Shown here: positions 19,696 to 29,315 of the stretch, piece by piece
Position numbering within the stretch: position 1 is the stretch's first letter
Layout of the letters: every line of letters begins with the position of its first letter
Source of the DNA: an uncultured Pseudobdellovibrionaceae bacterium
GTDB taxonomy: Bacteria; Patescibacteriota; Minisyncoccia; Moranbacterales; GCA-2747515
NCBI GenBank assembly: GCA_964463705.1
Contig: CAYXCH010000006.1
Span: 32,576-96,575 of the forward strand
Direction of reading: 5' to 3'
DNA length: 64,000 nucleotides
The notes under the pieces: model-generated
Told to the model about the DNA's origin: nothing
The model's database searches: none
Seen by the model: only the letters and a program-made list of their open reading frames with translations
Translations under genes and position numbers: made by a program

Positions 19696-21519
19696 CTATT
19701 TGTTGCCCGGACGGGGTTGATTATTCGAGTATTGCCTATATACATCCGACAATCGCTCCAATTGGTTGTGATTATCTTGTTCGGTATTACGAAACACTTC
19801 TCGCAATGCATCTTGATTATCAAAGAATTGCTCATCTAAGTATCTCTGCATTACTTTTGCGGAATTGCGAACTTCTCCAAGGCCTTGCTGCTTTGCCATC
19901 TCTTGAGGTGAAATATCCATATGCAGTGCCGCCGCATCTTCCGGTGCGACAACAATGATGTTATTTTCATCATCAAGCTCAAGGTCTTGTCCGGTATTGT
20001 ATGAATACTCTACCAATGTTCCGCGACGCTTTTGGCGATTTATCTCTCCCTTCAACTGAAATCGATATGCCGCCGTCTCTGCGCCATTACCAATTGCTCG
20101 CGTTGTTGTCGCAATATCAGTGGCGGTAAGTCGACCCCGTTTTGCCAACTCCATTGCCGCCGCCGCCCGCTCATGGCGGCTTTTTTTAGAATTTAAAACT
20201 CTTCTCAATTGACTTGGCGAAAGATGCTCCATTGACTTGGAAAATGAAGCCACCGCATTGGCAAACGCCTCTGCTTTTGCACGCTCTCTCTCCACAATGG
20301 CAAACTGTGCCGACAGTACCTGTGCATGACGATTCGCCTTTCGCTCAAATCGTTCACGACGGCGCTGCGCACTTACTTTGAATGATCGGGCGGTGCCGAC
20401 AACAAGAGCTGCTCCCGGTATCTTTCTCGCCATATTTGCAATAAGCTTTCGGTCCTTCGCCGCCATACCGCGGAGACGACGAACAGTGTTCCGAGCAGCA
20501 CCGGTAACCATTCCACTGGCAGCATCGGACATTGCTGATGATGTAATAATACCGGACCATAGGATAATTACCGGAATTGCCAAAAATGCGATATTGGCAA
20601 TATTTGATGTTTGTGCGGCATTGGTGGCGGCGGTATCAGCGGGAATTGTGATGCGAATATCACTATCTTTACTAAATGCAATATCATGATTATATGCCAT
20701 GAATGTCATGGAGAAGAACAATGTAAACACGAGAATTGGCCCCGCCATCGCATATTTAAACAAGTTATTCCAATATCGACTGGCAATACCCTGTGTAGAC
20801 GGAAGTATGGATGCAACAAACCCTATTGGTGACAGTACCATAAGAATTGCCAATGCAACCAATCGAATAACAAATAATACCCCGATAACCACCATGGATA
20901 TACTGTAGAAGAAAGAGAAGATAACGGCAAAAAATGTATATGTTACTGAGGATGTCTTGGCATCAAAGTTGGGAACAAATACATCCATAATATTAATACT
21001 CCTTCCGAAAATCTCTACCGGCTCATACCCCGTACCGTTCTGTGGAAACAGTGAATGAAGAAAAAAGTACATGACAATATTGAAGACATCAATAATCGCC
21101 TTAGTGATTGGAAGGGAAAAGTTTACCAATAGCGCCATAATCACCAAGCGCAATAATATTGATCGTAAATGAAACCGTTCTATATGGAAAATTGTTGCAA
21201 ATGCGCTAAATAATAGAATAAGAATGAATGATAAGTTTAATAGATCCCTTACCAATACCCACGTTACATCAATAACTTGCGCATCCAGAATTGCTCGTGT
21301 CGTATCGGCATCCACAATGTAAACAAATAACAGTGTCCCCGCAACACCCAATAATCCAAAGCCGACACCGATATAGTATAACACCCAGTTAAGTCCCGAC
21401 ACGATCGCGGAAGCATCAGCAATATGGATACCCAGAAATACGCCGATAATCGCCAGTAATCCGGCGCGCCTGCGTGTTCCGGTTGTCACATTCAACAATC
21501 TTTTCAAATATTGCCTCAT
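19696..21519 (-). CDS. VirB6/TrbL-like polytopic membrane protein
   Basis: WVLVRDLLN, ALLVNFS, RLVALAILMVLSPIGF, YW; basic cytoplasmic tail; TGnTATAAT just upstream of ATG 21519. Confidence 0.72.
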   Translation of the reverse strand: MRQYLKRLLNVTTGTRRRAGLLAIIGVFLGIHIADASAIVSGLNWVLYYIGVGFGLLGVAGTLLFVYIVDADTTRAILDAQVIDVTWVLVRDLLNLSFILILLFSAFATIFHIERFHLRSILLRLVIMALLVNFSLPITKAIIDVFNIVMYFFLHSLFPQNGTGYEPVEIFGRSINIMDVFVPNFDAKTSSVTYTFFAVIFSFFYSISMVVIGVLFVIRLVALAILMVLSPIGFVASILPSTQGIASRYWNNLFKYAMAGPILVFTLFFSMTFMAYNHDIAFSKDSDIRITIPADTAATNAAQTSNIANIAFLAIPVIILWSGIITSSAMSDAASGMVTGAARNTVRRLRGMAAKDRKLIANMARKIPGAALVVGTARSFKVSAQRRRERFERKANRHAQVLSAQFAIVERERAKAEAFANAVASFSKSMEHLSPSQLRRVLNSKKSRHERAAAAMELAKRGRLTATDIATTTRAIGNGAETAAYRFQLKGEINRQKRRGTLVEYSYNTGQDLELDDENNIIVVAPEDAAALHMDISPQEMAKQQGLGEVRNSAKVMQRYLDEQFFDNQDALREVFRNTEQDNHNQLERLSDVYRQYSNNQPRPGNK

Positions 21520-21553
21520 AAAAATAATCATTTCTATCATTATATCATATATT

Positions 21554-21937
21554 TTATAAAAAGATATCTTGTAAAAATTGTACCTGCGCTTTTCGTGTAT
21601 GCACATTAATACACACACTGATTGCGCAGTATCGTATCGCCCCCGTCCGCTGATATGCCCGGACATAGTATGCCATTACTCGCTCCATCGCGTGCAACTT
21701 TGCACGCGTAATACGCAGCTGTGGTGGATCCACATTCTCCGAGCTATGACGAAGACACGTTGTTTTTACTTCCACACAATACAAAACTCCCGAACGCTCC
21801 GCAATAATATCCACCTCTCCTCGCTTGATGGGAATCTTTGGCATATAATTGCGCGCAACAATATCATACCCCCGCCGTTGCAGATATCGCGCGGCAATTT
21901 CTTCCCCAAGCCGTCCGCATTCCCATGCTGTTGACAT
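21554..21937 (-). CDS. yraN: YraN-family PD-(D/E)xK endonuclease
   Basis: GRLGEEIAARYL, ARNY, GEVDIIA, VEVKT. Confidence 0.88.
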   Translation of the reverse strand: MSTAWECGRLGEEIAARYLQRRGYDIVARNYMPKIPIKRGEVDIIAERSGVLYCVEVKTTCLRHSSENVDPPQLRITRAKLHAMERVMAYYVRAYQRTGAIRYCAISVCINVHTRKAQVQFLQDIFL

Positions 21938-21943
21938 ATATAC

Positions 21944-21965
21944 AAAAAGGCGGGAAATCCCGCCT
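21944..21965 (-). terminator. Rho-independent terminator
   Basis: Minus strand AGGCGGG-ATTT-CCCGCCT followed by TTTT. Confidence 0.8.
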
Positions 21966-22496
21966 ACATTCCGTTAAGATACCGACAATCCACTGTCAGT
22001 CAATTCCCGGTGTCTTCCCGTATGAGGTGTTGTCACCGGGGGCACTGCGCCCCTAAACAGATTCCTTGGGCCGTGCCGCCCGGCTGATGCAGACAACATG
22101 CTGCGCGCTTCTCGTACTCGGGTGAATGGATACAAGAAGAAACAGTGCATGTAATATATCTGCCTCACACACGTGATTCTATCACGCGCTGACATGGTGC
22201 GAGCATTGCTCGCCTACGCCTCCCCGTCCGCGGGTTTGCTCCCCTTTTTTTCTTCAAGGTACTCGGTACACTTTTGTTTTTATTTTTGTGTTTTTGTATT
22301 TATGCTTGATAAATACGACCGTTTTGTTTTTGTTTTTTGTGTGTTGTGTTGTTTGCCGGCATCATATGATGCTCAGACTAACAAACATACGGACAGTGGA
22401 GACGTTCCGATTGTGAATAGGGGGGCTTCACAATCGGAACGTCGCCACCGTCGGCGTCCATGTCATTTCTTGTTAATGTGCGTTTCGTTACTGACA
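21944..22496 (-). ncRNA. Candidate large structured non-coding RNA (~550 nt), unassigned
   Basis: Near-consensus promoter upstream, terminator at the 3' end, many helices with G-U pairs on the minus strand, no convincing ORF. Confidence 0.6.
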
Positions 22497-22501
22497 AGCT
22501 C

Positions 22502-22530
22502 AGTATATCATCCTCTAAAGGCCACGTCAA
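22502..22530 (-). promoter_or_regulatory. Sigma70-type promoter
   Basis: TTGACG-17 nt-TATACT with TGn extended -10. Confidence 0.8.
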
Positions 22531-22646
22531 CGCATTTATAAAAAAATGCCGTAAATAAAGGGATTTTTAATATGCTTACATAAAAACAATATAGTTGTTA
22601 TAAAATTATGCCAAAAAAATACCGCCATTTTTATTTAAAGTACAAT

Positions 22647-22683
22647 AAAAAACTGTGGAAAACTTGGTAGTTTTCCACAGTTT
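22647..22683 (-). terminator. Terminator hairpin whose arms each contain a DnaA-box match
   Basis: 15-bp inverted repeat AAACTGTGGAAAACT/AGTTTTCCACAGTTT plus T-run, 18 nt after the stop at 22701. Confidence 0.65.
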
Positions 22684-22700
22684 CATATCATTTTCCCAAC

Positions 22701-23981
22701 TTATGGAAGAATTACCGTATCCTGATTGCCGCTAGGTCGGTCATCTTCTATATCACCCTCTCCGGATTCCTTCATAGTCTTTTCCGAAACAACTGAAACG
22801 CTATTTACATCTTCCGAAGAAGTGTTAACCCCCTCTGTCTCACCGGATTGACCGGATGAATCCTCTTTTTTAGACATTTCTTCAACACGACGTTGCGCCT
22901 CAGATGTGTAATCAAATACCCGATCCATCATGCGATACATGGTCGCACGACTTGTTCCGAAAAATACATGGTCATAATGTGTCGCATAATCAATAGATGC
23001 CGCAGCATCCGGTGTAAAATTGTAGAAACGAATCGGAACACCACGATGATCACTATCTTCAAACTCCGCATTGACAACCGGTGGAATATCAAAGTTATAT
23101 AATGGAGCAAATCCTTTGATAAGGGTTGTTTCCATCGTGCGTAAGTTATTACGCAATGCCTCCGACATCTCTGTGTATGTATGGATACCGAAACGAACTC
23201 CATAGTCACTCGGCAAGATATATAACTGAAATGGCTGATTCATTGCATCTACAATATCATCGGGGATAACTGTTAAAAATCGGTGCGCAAAGACAGAGAA
23301 TGGCATCGGTTCTCCATCTGCAATAACATCAACAACCATTTCCGATTCGGATGTATCCACAATAGAACGCAACGTGTTCACGACATCAATTGTCGTTGCC
23401 TGCTGCGAAATCATCAGTGAGCCGTGAGAAGGCTCGAACTGAAGAAACTGTTCTTGTGTGTACGTATATGGAGTGTTACTAAATGTAACGGGAGAATCAG
23501 ATGACTCAACGGGCTCTTTTATGGTAGGAGCAACCTCTTGAATCACCGGCTGTTCACCTATGGGTACCAGCGTGCGCAAAATCCGCCCTCCAAACACCAA
23601 TAAAAACAACAGAGCCAGTAAGGCAATCATTGCTCCGATAATGACTCCCACCCACAATCGTGAACGTGAAGCAGAGCGTGATGTATGAATGCGACCGTTC
23701 GGTTCTGTAACAGAAACCGTTCCTTGTTGTGGTGTTGGTGTTGGTGCTGGTGCTGGTGCTGGTGATGTGGTAGATGCTTGAGGGACAGATATATTTCCCT
23801 CCCCTCCGACAGATGTATTTGAAGATAAAAACGGGCCGGAATCTGTTGTTGAAGACGGTGACGAAGCAGCGGTTGCTGTTGTTTCAACCGCGGGAGATTG
23901 TGCGGCGTGTATATCATCTGCCATGGTGTGCACGCGAACCTCTGCTTTTGATTGGGTGTTTTTTGTTTTTTTTGCAAACAT
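22701..23981 (-). CDS. Hypothetical single-pass membrane protein
   Basis: VHTMADD N-terminal motif, S/T/P-rich linker, one TM, extracytoplasmic domain. Confidence 0.78.
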   Translation of the reverse strand: MFAKKTKNTQSKAEVRVHTMADDIHAAQSPAVETTATAASSPSSTTDSGPFLSSNTSVGGEGNISVPQASTTSPAPAPAPTPTPQQGTVSVTEPNGRIHTSRSASRSRLWVGVIIGAMIALLALLFLLVFGGRILRTLVPIGEQPVIQEVAPTIKEPVESSDSPVTFSNTPYTYTQEQFLQFEPSHGSLMISQQATTIDVVNTLRSIVDTSESEMVVDVIADGEPMPFSVFAHRFLTVIPDDIVDAMNQPFQLYILPSDYGVRFGIHTYTEMSEALRNNLRTMETTLIKGFAPLYNFDIPPVVNAEFEDSDHRGVPIRFYNFTPDAAASIDYATHYDHVFFGTSRATMYRMMDRVFDYTSEAQRRVEEMSKKEDSSGQSGETEGVNTSSEDVNSVSVVSEKTMKESGEGDIEDDRPSGNQDTVILP

Positions 23982-24002
23982 TGGTGTGTGATTGAAATGT
24001 TT

Positions 24003-24923
24003 TTATATGTCAGTATAACACAAATTTGCCACATCGTCAGGAATGGCGGCGGTATACACATGTCCCTCATACATCATTCGTAGTGCAACGGCACGCAATG
24101 CCAATCCCGCGTTCGTAGGTGTACGCCGACGATATACCGTATCTCCCACAATCGCATGCCCCAGTGCGGCGGCATGAACACGAATTTGATGTGTTCGTCC
24201 CGTCTGCGGATACACTACAACCTGCGTAACATTTGGATATCGGCGATGAACAACAAATGTTGTCATCGCCTCTCGCGCCGTCCCCCGATACGGTGTTCGC
24301 GTAGAGCGAATCGCCACCATCCGTCCACCTCGTGTACTGCGCGCAATCGGCCATGTCACCGTCCGTGTTGTCCATGGCACTCTTCCATGCAACAACGCAT
24401 GGTATGTTTTATGAACGCGTCGGCACTGAAATGCCTCCTGTAGACGCACCAACGCCGACGCAGAGCGCGCCACCACCATTACTCCGGCGGTTTCTCGATC
24501 CAGTCGGTGAACAATTCCACCACGCCGCGGGCCCTCTCCGACAACGGCAAGGTCGGGGTCTCGCGCCAACAATGCAGAGACCAGTGTCTCCCGAGAATCT
24601 ACAGACGGCGCACCGTGAGTTACCACACCGGCCGGCTTATACACAAAGTAGAAATCCTGATGAGTAAAAAGAATACGGACACTTGGATTGTCTTGCACCT
24701 CTATAATCGCCTCCTCATCGGGCGGCACGGTTCCCGTAATCCGAGAGTGCGGGCGAACATGCCGATGCGGAGCGACTTGCTGACCATCTACACGCAACGC
24801 CCCCGAGCGTAATGCTTGTGTTATGCGATGACGAGATATTGCGCCCTTGTAGACATTCGCGGCAATGTATGCGTCCAGTCGTTGCGATGGAACATTTTCC
24901 GGTACACTATGCTCACATTCCAT
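24003..24923 (-). CDS. RluA/RluD-family pseudouridine synthase
   Basis: S4-like RLDAY, KPAG, HRLDRETAG, TGRTHQIRVH, GD. Confidence 0.92.
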   Translation of the reverse strand: MECEHSVPENVPSQRLDAYIAANVYKGAISRHRITQALRSGALRVDGQQVAPHRHVRPHSRITGTVPPDEEAIIEVQDNPSVRILFTHQDFYFVYKPAGVVTHGAPSVDSRETLVSALLARDPDLAVVGEGPRRGGIVHRLDRETAGVMVVARSASALVRLQEAFQCRRVHKTYHALLHGRVPWTTRTVTWPIARSTRGGRMVAIRSTRTPYRGTAREAMTTFVVHRRYPNVTQVVVYPQTGRTHQIRVHAAALGHAIVGDTVYRRRTPTNAGLALRAVALRMMYEGHVYTAAIPDDVANLCYTDI

Positions 24924-24927
24924 ATCA

Positions 24928-25968
24928 CTAGAAGTCCCAGCTTCCATTCATACTGGAGGACTGTGTATAATTGATCACCGTTGTTTCAAAGAAGTTTCCT
25001 TTGTCACTGTTTACATCTTGTAATCGCTCCAAGTGCTTATACGGATTCTCAATGGCATCCGGGTATAGCGGTGACAATCCCAACATCTCCAATCGCTGAT
25101 TTGCCAACCATTGTGTATACGCTGTTGTTGTTTCTCCGTTGATGCCCGGAATACGATCACCCAAAATATGTACACTCCACTCAATTTCCTGCTTTACCGC
25201 CGTCCGCATCATCTCCCGAATCATACGCTCACTGTAAACATCGGGAAACTCTTTCTGAATCTCGCGAATAATATTGGCGAAAATCGTTACATGCGTTAAC
25301 TCATCCCGACGAATGTATGCGATCATGCGCCCGGTTGCCGGCATTTTTCCACGATCCGCCAGCGTATCAAAAAACGCAAATCCGTTATAGAAGTATAGCG
25401 ATTCCAACAAGAAATTCGCTACAACTCCACGGAAAAAGTTTTTATCTGTCGGTGAATCCAAAAAATCCTGATAAATTTGCCCAATATACGTATTCCGCTC
25501 TAATAAGATTTTATCGGTTCGCCAAAAATAATAAATTTCTTCTCGTTCCCGCGCATCCACTACCGCCTCCAAAATTGTAGCGTATGACTGTGAATGAATT
25601 GCTTCCTGATATGCCTGAATGGAAAGAATAAGATTAACCTCCGGACTGGTAATATAATCATTAAAATGTGGAAGATTGACCGTTTGAATGGAATCCAAAA
25701 ATGTCAAAAACGAGATGATTCCTTTATATGCGCGCTGTTCCGCCGATGATAAATCGGAATGAAACATGCGCGCATCATCTTTGAGACCGGACACTTTCTC
25801 CGGTACCCAAAAATTTCCAATCATCACCTGATACATGGATTTTGCCCAAGGGTACTTTACGGCATTAAGGTTAAACAAACCCGTCGTATTTCCCTTGATA
25901 ATTGTTCGTACCGAGGTGTCGTCATTTCCCTTTGGGTTGAAAATCTTGTTTGCATGCATTGCTGTCAT
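24928..25968 (-). CDS. nrdB: Class I ribonucleotide reductase beta subunit
   Basis: DSIQ, EAIHSQSY (radical Tyr), LESLYFY, DELTH, NFFE...Y tail. Confidence 0.95.
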   Translation of the reverse strand: MTAMHANKIFNPKGNDDTSVRTIIKGNTTGLFNLNAVKYPWAKSMYQVMIGNFWVPEKVSGLKDDARMFHSDLSSAEQRAYKGIISFLTFLDSIQTVNLPHFNDYITSPEVNLILSIQAYQEAIHSQSYATILEAVVDAREREEIYYFWRTDKILLERNTYIGQIYQDFLDSPTDKNFFRGVVANFLLESLYFYNGFAFFDTLADRGKMPATGRMIAYIRRDELTHVTIFANIIREIQKEFPDVYSERMIREMMRTAVKQEIEWSVHILGDRIPGINGETTTAYTQWLANQRLEMLGLSPLYPDAIENPYKHLERLQDVNSDKGNFFETTVINYTQSSSMNGSWDF

Positions 25969-26001
25969 AGGTGTATCGTTAATGATATTTTATTGATCAT
26001 C

Positions 26002-28629
26002 CTACCCGCTGCAACTGGTGCAGACATTTTGATCCACTTCACCGGACAGCGAGCGTACGTAGTAGACTGTTTTAATCCCCTTCTCCCATGCATACAGATA
26101 ATATCCATACAACTGAGATGGCGATGTGCGCGCGGGATCAATCATCCACTCAAAGCTGATAGACTGATCCACCCATGGATAAATTGTTGCAATCATATCA
26201 ATCACATCCTTCATATCCATGCTGATATACTCTTTGTAGTACCAGAAATTATCCTTGCCAAGCTTTGGTGCCACTCGGACAGTCGGCGAGGAAAGATTTG
26301 TCTCTACAAAGTAGCGCTTATAAATGGGCAGTAGTGCCGCTGTCGTACCAACAACCCCCGAAGTGGATGTATTTGGTGCCGGTGCGGTATGATAAGCAAA
26401 TCGCGTACCGTACAAACGCATATCATCAAAAAGCTTCTCCCATGCCTTTGCGCGGCGGGGATTTTTCTCCGTAAACCATGAAACATCTTTTCCTAAAAGA
26501 ATTCCCTTCTTATAATCACTGCCTTCGCATAGCTGATATGCTCCTCGCTCCTTTGCCAAATCCACACTGGCACGATATGTGTGGTATGTATATCGCTCAA
26601 ATAATGCATCCACTTTTGCCCGCGCTTCTTCGCTTTCATAAGAAAGCTTACGTGTCGCCAAATACTCCGCCAGTCCCAGATAACCCAATCCGACACTACG
26701 GTATCGCATGGCGGTGCGATGCGCCTCCTCAATCGGATAGTAATTTAACGTAATCACATTGTCCAGAACACGCATCACCACCGGAAAGACTGCCGCAATT
26801 GTCTTTTCATTGCAGACTTTTGCCACATTGATCGATGCGAGATTGCACACTACCAGATCTCCCGGCGCGTAGCGAATAACAATCTCTCCATCCTCCAGTG
26901 TCTCTCGCACAAACGTTGTGGGAGAAGTATTCTGACAAATCTCCGTACATAATTGTGTAGAGTAAATCGCACCGGCATGGGCATTGGGATTAAGACGATT
27001 GACCGTATCACGGAAAAAGACATATGGCATTCCGGTCTCCACTGTTGTACGCAGAAACTTCTTAAATAATTCCTTGGCAGCAACGGTCTTTCGCATCTTC
27101 AGTGAACGACTGCGCTCCAACTTCTCATAAAACGCCGTAAATTCCTCACCGAAGTGATCCTCCAATCGCTTACCGTATACCGTGTATACTTCATGTGGAT
27201 CAAACAATGTCCATTGTTCATCATTTTTTAATCGTTGCATAAAGAGATCCGGTATTGTTACCGCCGGAAAGACATCAAACGCCTTGGAGCGAATATCTCC
27301 CGTCTCCGTCTGCAAGTCCAAAAAGTCATGAATATCGTAGTGCCAAATATCCAGAGTTACACTGATCGCTCCCATGCGTGCACCAAGCTGATTAACAGCA
27401 ATCGCCGTATCGTTGATAACTTTAATCCATGGATTTACGCCGCCGGATGCACCGCTGACACCGCGAATCGCCGCACCACGGGCGCGAATATGACCCAAAT
27501 ACACCCCAACACCGCCGCCAAACTTTGAAATTTGCGCCATATTCTCCACACCGTGATAGATCGCGCGCAAATCATCATCAATACTCATTTTAAAGCAGCT
27601 GGACAACTGATGATAATTGGTCCGAGCATTTAACAACGTCGGTGTTGGCAATGAGATGTGTTGCTGAGAGCAGTGCTCATAAATCTTCAAGGCAAAATCC
27701 AACCGCGTCTCTTCCGGCTCCGGAATCGCCAAAAATAATGCCACTGCCATATACATTTCCTGCGGCAACTCCTTGAATTCCTCTCCATCCTTCAACAAGT
27801 ACCGCTTGGTTAGTGACAAAATGGTCGTATACTCGTAAGAATGATCCGTTGCGCGAGAAAGATGCCGCGCCGCCGTCATAATCTGCTCTTTTGTGTAGTA
27901 CTTATAAAAGTCTTTATAATACAGGCCTTTTTCAATATACTCATCAAACAACGCAACGAAGCTGCGCGGGGTATAAATCTCTCGCATAGATAATCCGCGA
28001 GCTCGCCGCGCTTTCTTGTAAATATCCCCCAACGCAATCCGTGCCGCGACATGTTGCCATGCCGTATTATTGACACTGACAAGATCAATGCACGTCTTGA
28101 CCATCAATTTGTTAATATCTTCGGTTTTGATTCCCTCAACAAGATTTTTCTTAAATGCGGCAATAAATTCCTTAAATGTACACTCCTCTTTATACTCGTC
28201 CGCACTGCGATCAAATACGCGCTTAATTTTCCGAATGTCAAAAACCTCTCGCTTTCCATCGGATTTTTGCACCGTCAATTCTTTATTTTCAAACTGTTGA
28301 ACCAACTCTTCATGACGCTCCTTTCGTTCTTGCTGTCGTTCACGACGATAAAGAATGTACGCTTTTGCCACATCATATTGATTGATGCGCACCAGATGAC
28401 GCTCCACACAATCTTGAATCTGTTCCACCGTCGGAATATGATGGTGGTCTGCCACCGGCTGCGTATCAAATGACTCCGCAAGATCCGCAATAATGTCATC
28501 GGTAAGTTGTGATGCAAAATCACACTGAACACCGGTAGCGGAACATGCCTTGCGAATCGCATGTTCAATTCGCGCCCGATTAAATGCCACAATATCCCCA
28601 TTTCGTTTTTTGATTTGCGAGAGTGTCAT
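26002..28629 (-). CDS. nrdA: Class I ribonucleotide reductase alpha subunit with two ATP-cones
   Basis: IKKRNG and VQKSDG cones, PTPT, SSC, QLCTEI, CNLAS, APN, KTVYY, CTSCSG. Confidence 0.95.
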   Translation of the reverse strand: MTLSQIKKRNGDIVAFNRARIEHAIRKACSATGVQCDFASQLTDDIIADLAESFDTQPVADHHHIPTVEQIQDCVERHLVRINQYDVAKAYILYRRERQQERKERHEELVQQFENKELTVQKSDGKREVFDIRKIKRVFDRSADEYKEECTFKEFIAAFKKNLVEGIKTEDINKLMVKTCIDLVSVNNTAWQHVAARIALGDIYKKARRARGLSMREIYTPRSFVALFDEYIEKGLYYKDFYKYYTKEQIMTAARHLSRATDHSYEYTTILSLTKRYLLKDGEEFKELPQEMYMAVALFLAIPEPEETRLDFALKIYEHCSQQHISLPTPTLLNARTNYHQLSSCFKMSIDDDLRAIYHGVENMAQISKFGGGVGVYLGHIRARGAAIRGVSGASGGVNPWIKVINDTAIAVNQLGARMGAISVTLDIWHYDIHDFLDLQTETGDIRSKAFDVFPAVTIPDLFMQRLKNDEQWTLFDPHEVYTVYGKRLEDHFGEEFTAFYEKLERSRSLKMRKTVAAKELFKKFLRTTVETGMPYVFFRDTVNRLNPNAHAGAIYSTQLCTEICQNTSPTTFVRETLEDGEIVIRYAPGDLVVCNLASINVAKVCNEKTIAAVFPVVMRVLDNVITLNYYPIEEAHRTAMRYRSVGLGYLGLAEYLATRKLSYESEEARAKVDALFERYTYHTYRASVDLAKERGAYQLCEGSDYKKGILLGKDVSWFTEKNPRRAKAWEKLFDDMRLYGTRFAYHTAPAPNTSTSGVVGTTAALLPIYKRYFVETNLSSPTVRVAPKLGKDNFWYYKEYISMDMKDVIDMIATIYPWVDQSISFEWMIDPARTSPSQLYGYYLYAWEKGIKTVYYVRSLSGEVDQNVCTSCSG

Positions 28630-28719
28630 AGGTGTTGATTTAAGAGCAACAGAAAAGGGTGTCGGCGCCGTTATTCGTCACCGTATCACCCCTTTTGTGC
28701 AGAAAATTACCGTCCCCCA

Positions 28720-29304
28720 TTAGTGTGTTCCCCCGGCATGACGAGCAGCAACCACTCGCCAATCTATCGCCGCCATAAATCGCTCAATATAGGCGGCGCG
28801 ATCCAATCCGTATGCCGTAATATATGCATGCTCAAACACATCCATTACCAACAATGGTGTGCACTGCGAAAGATGTCCGAGGTCATGCTCATTGATCCAT
28901 GTGTTGTACACGGTATTTGCCATCGGATCATAGGCGAGAACCACCCATCCGATGCCGCGTATCGTACCGGTGGCACGAAAATCCTTCTCCCAATTCTCCA
29001 TGCTTCCATAGGATTCCGTGATCAACTCAACAACATTCGGCGCATCCTGCTCACCGGTCGTTGTATCCGCGGTCATATTCTCAAAGTACAACTCATGAAG
29101 CCGCATCCCTCCAAACTCCCATCCCAATCGTCGCTTCATTTCCGCATATTCCGGCGTACCGTGGCGAGCATTGCGCAACTGTTCAATCAGTGTATTCACC
29201 GCTGAAACATATCCCGCATACAACGTCAAATGCATATCCAACAACGCATCATCAAAGCCCGGAATATCGCGGAGGTGGGAAAATGTTTTTGTTTCGTAGC
29301 GCAT
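28720..29304 (-). CDS. Fe/Mn superoxide dismutase-family protein (ChrC-like subtype)
   Basis: HLTLYAGY, LHELYFENM, GIGW, DVFEHAY; start moved to ATG 29304. Confidence 0.88.
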   Translation of the reverse strand: MRYETKTFSHLRDIPGFDDALLDMHLTLYAGYVSAVNTLIEQLRNARHGTPEYAEMKRRLGWEFGGMRLHELYFENMTADTTTGEQDAPNVVELITESYGSMENWEKDFRATGTIRGIGWVVLAYDPMANTVYNTWINEHDLGHLSQCTPLLVMDVFEHAYITAYGLDRAAYIERFMAAIDWRVVAARHAGGTH

Positions 29305-29315
29305 TATGAAATACT

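Noticed and set aside
21944-22496. RNase P RNA or canonical tmRNA
   Set aside because: No GAGGAAAGTCC/P4 signature, and no T-arm plus TCCACCA acceptor end on either strand
21974-22541. ORFs 21974..22195 (-) and 22173..22541 (+) as proteins
   Set aside because: Low-complexity, atypical composition and overlap with strong RNA helices; likely spurious
23728-23765. GGTGTT/GGTGCT hexamer tandem repeat
   Set aside because: Simply encodes a PAPAPAPTPTP linker
26002-28629. Intein or intron in nrdA
   Set aside because: Extra length is explained by two ATP-cones; core motifs are contiguous
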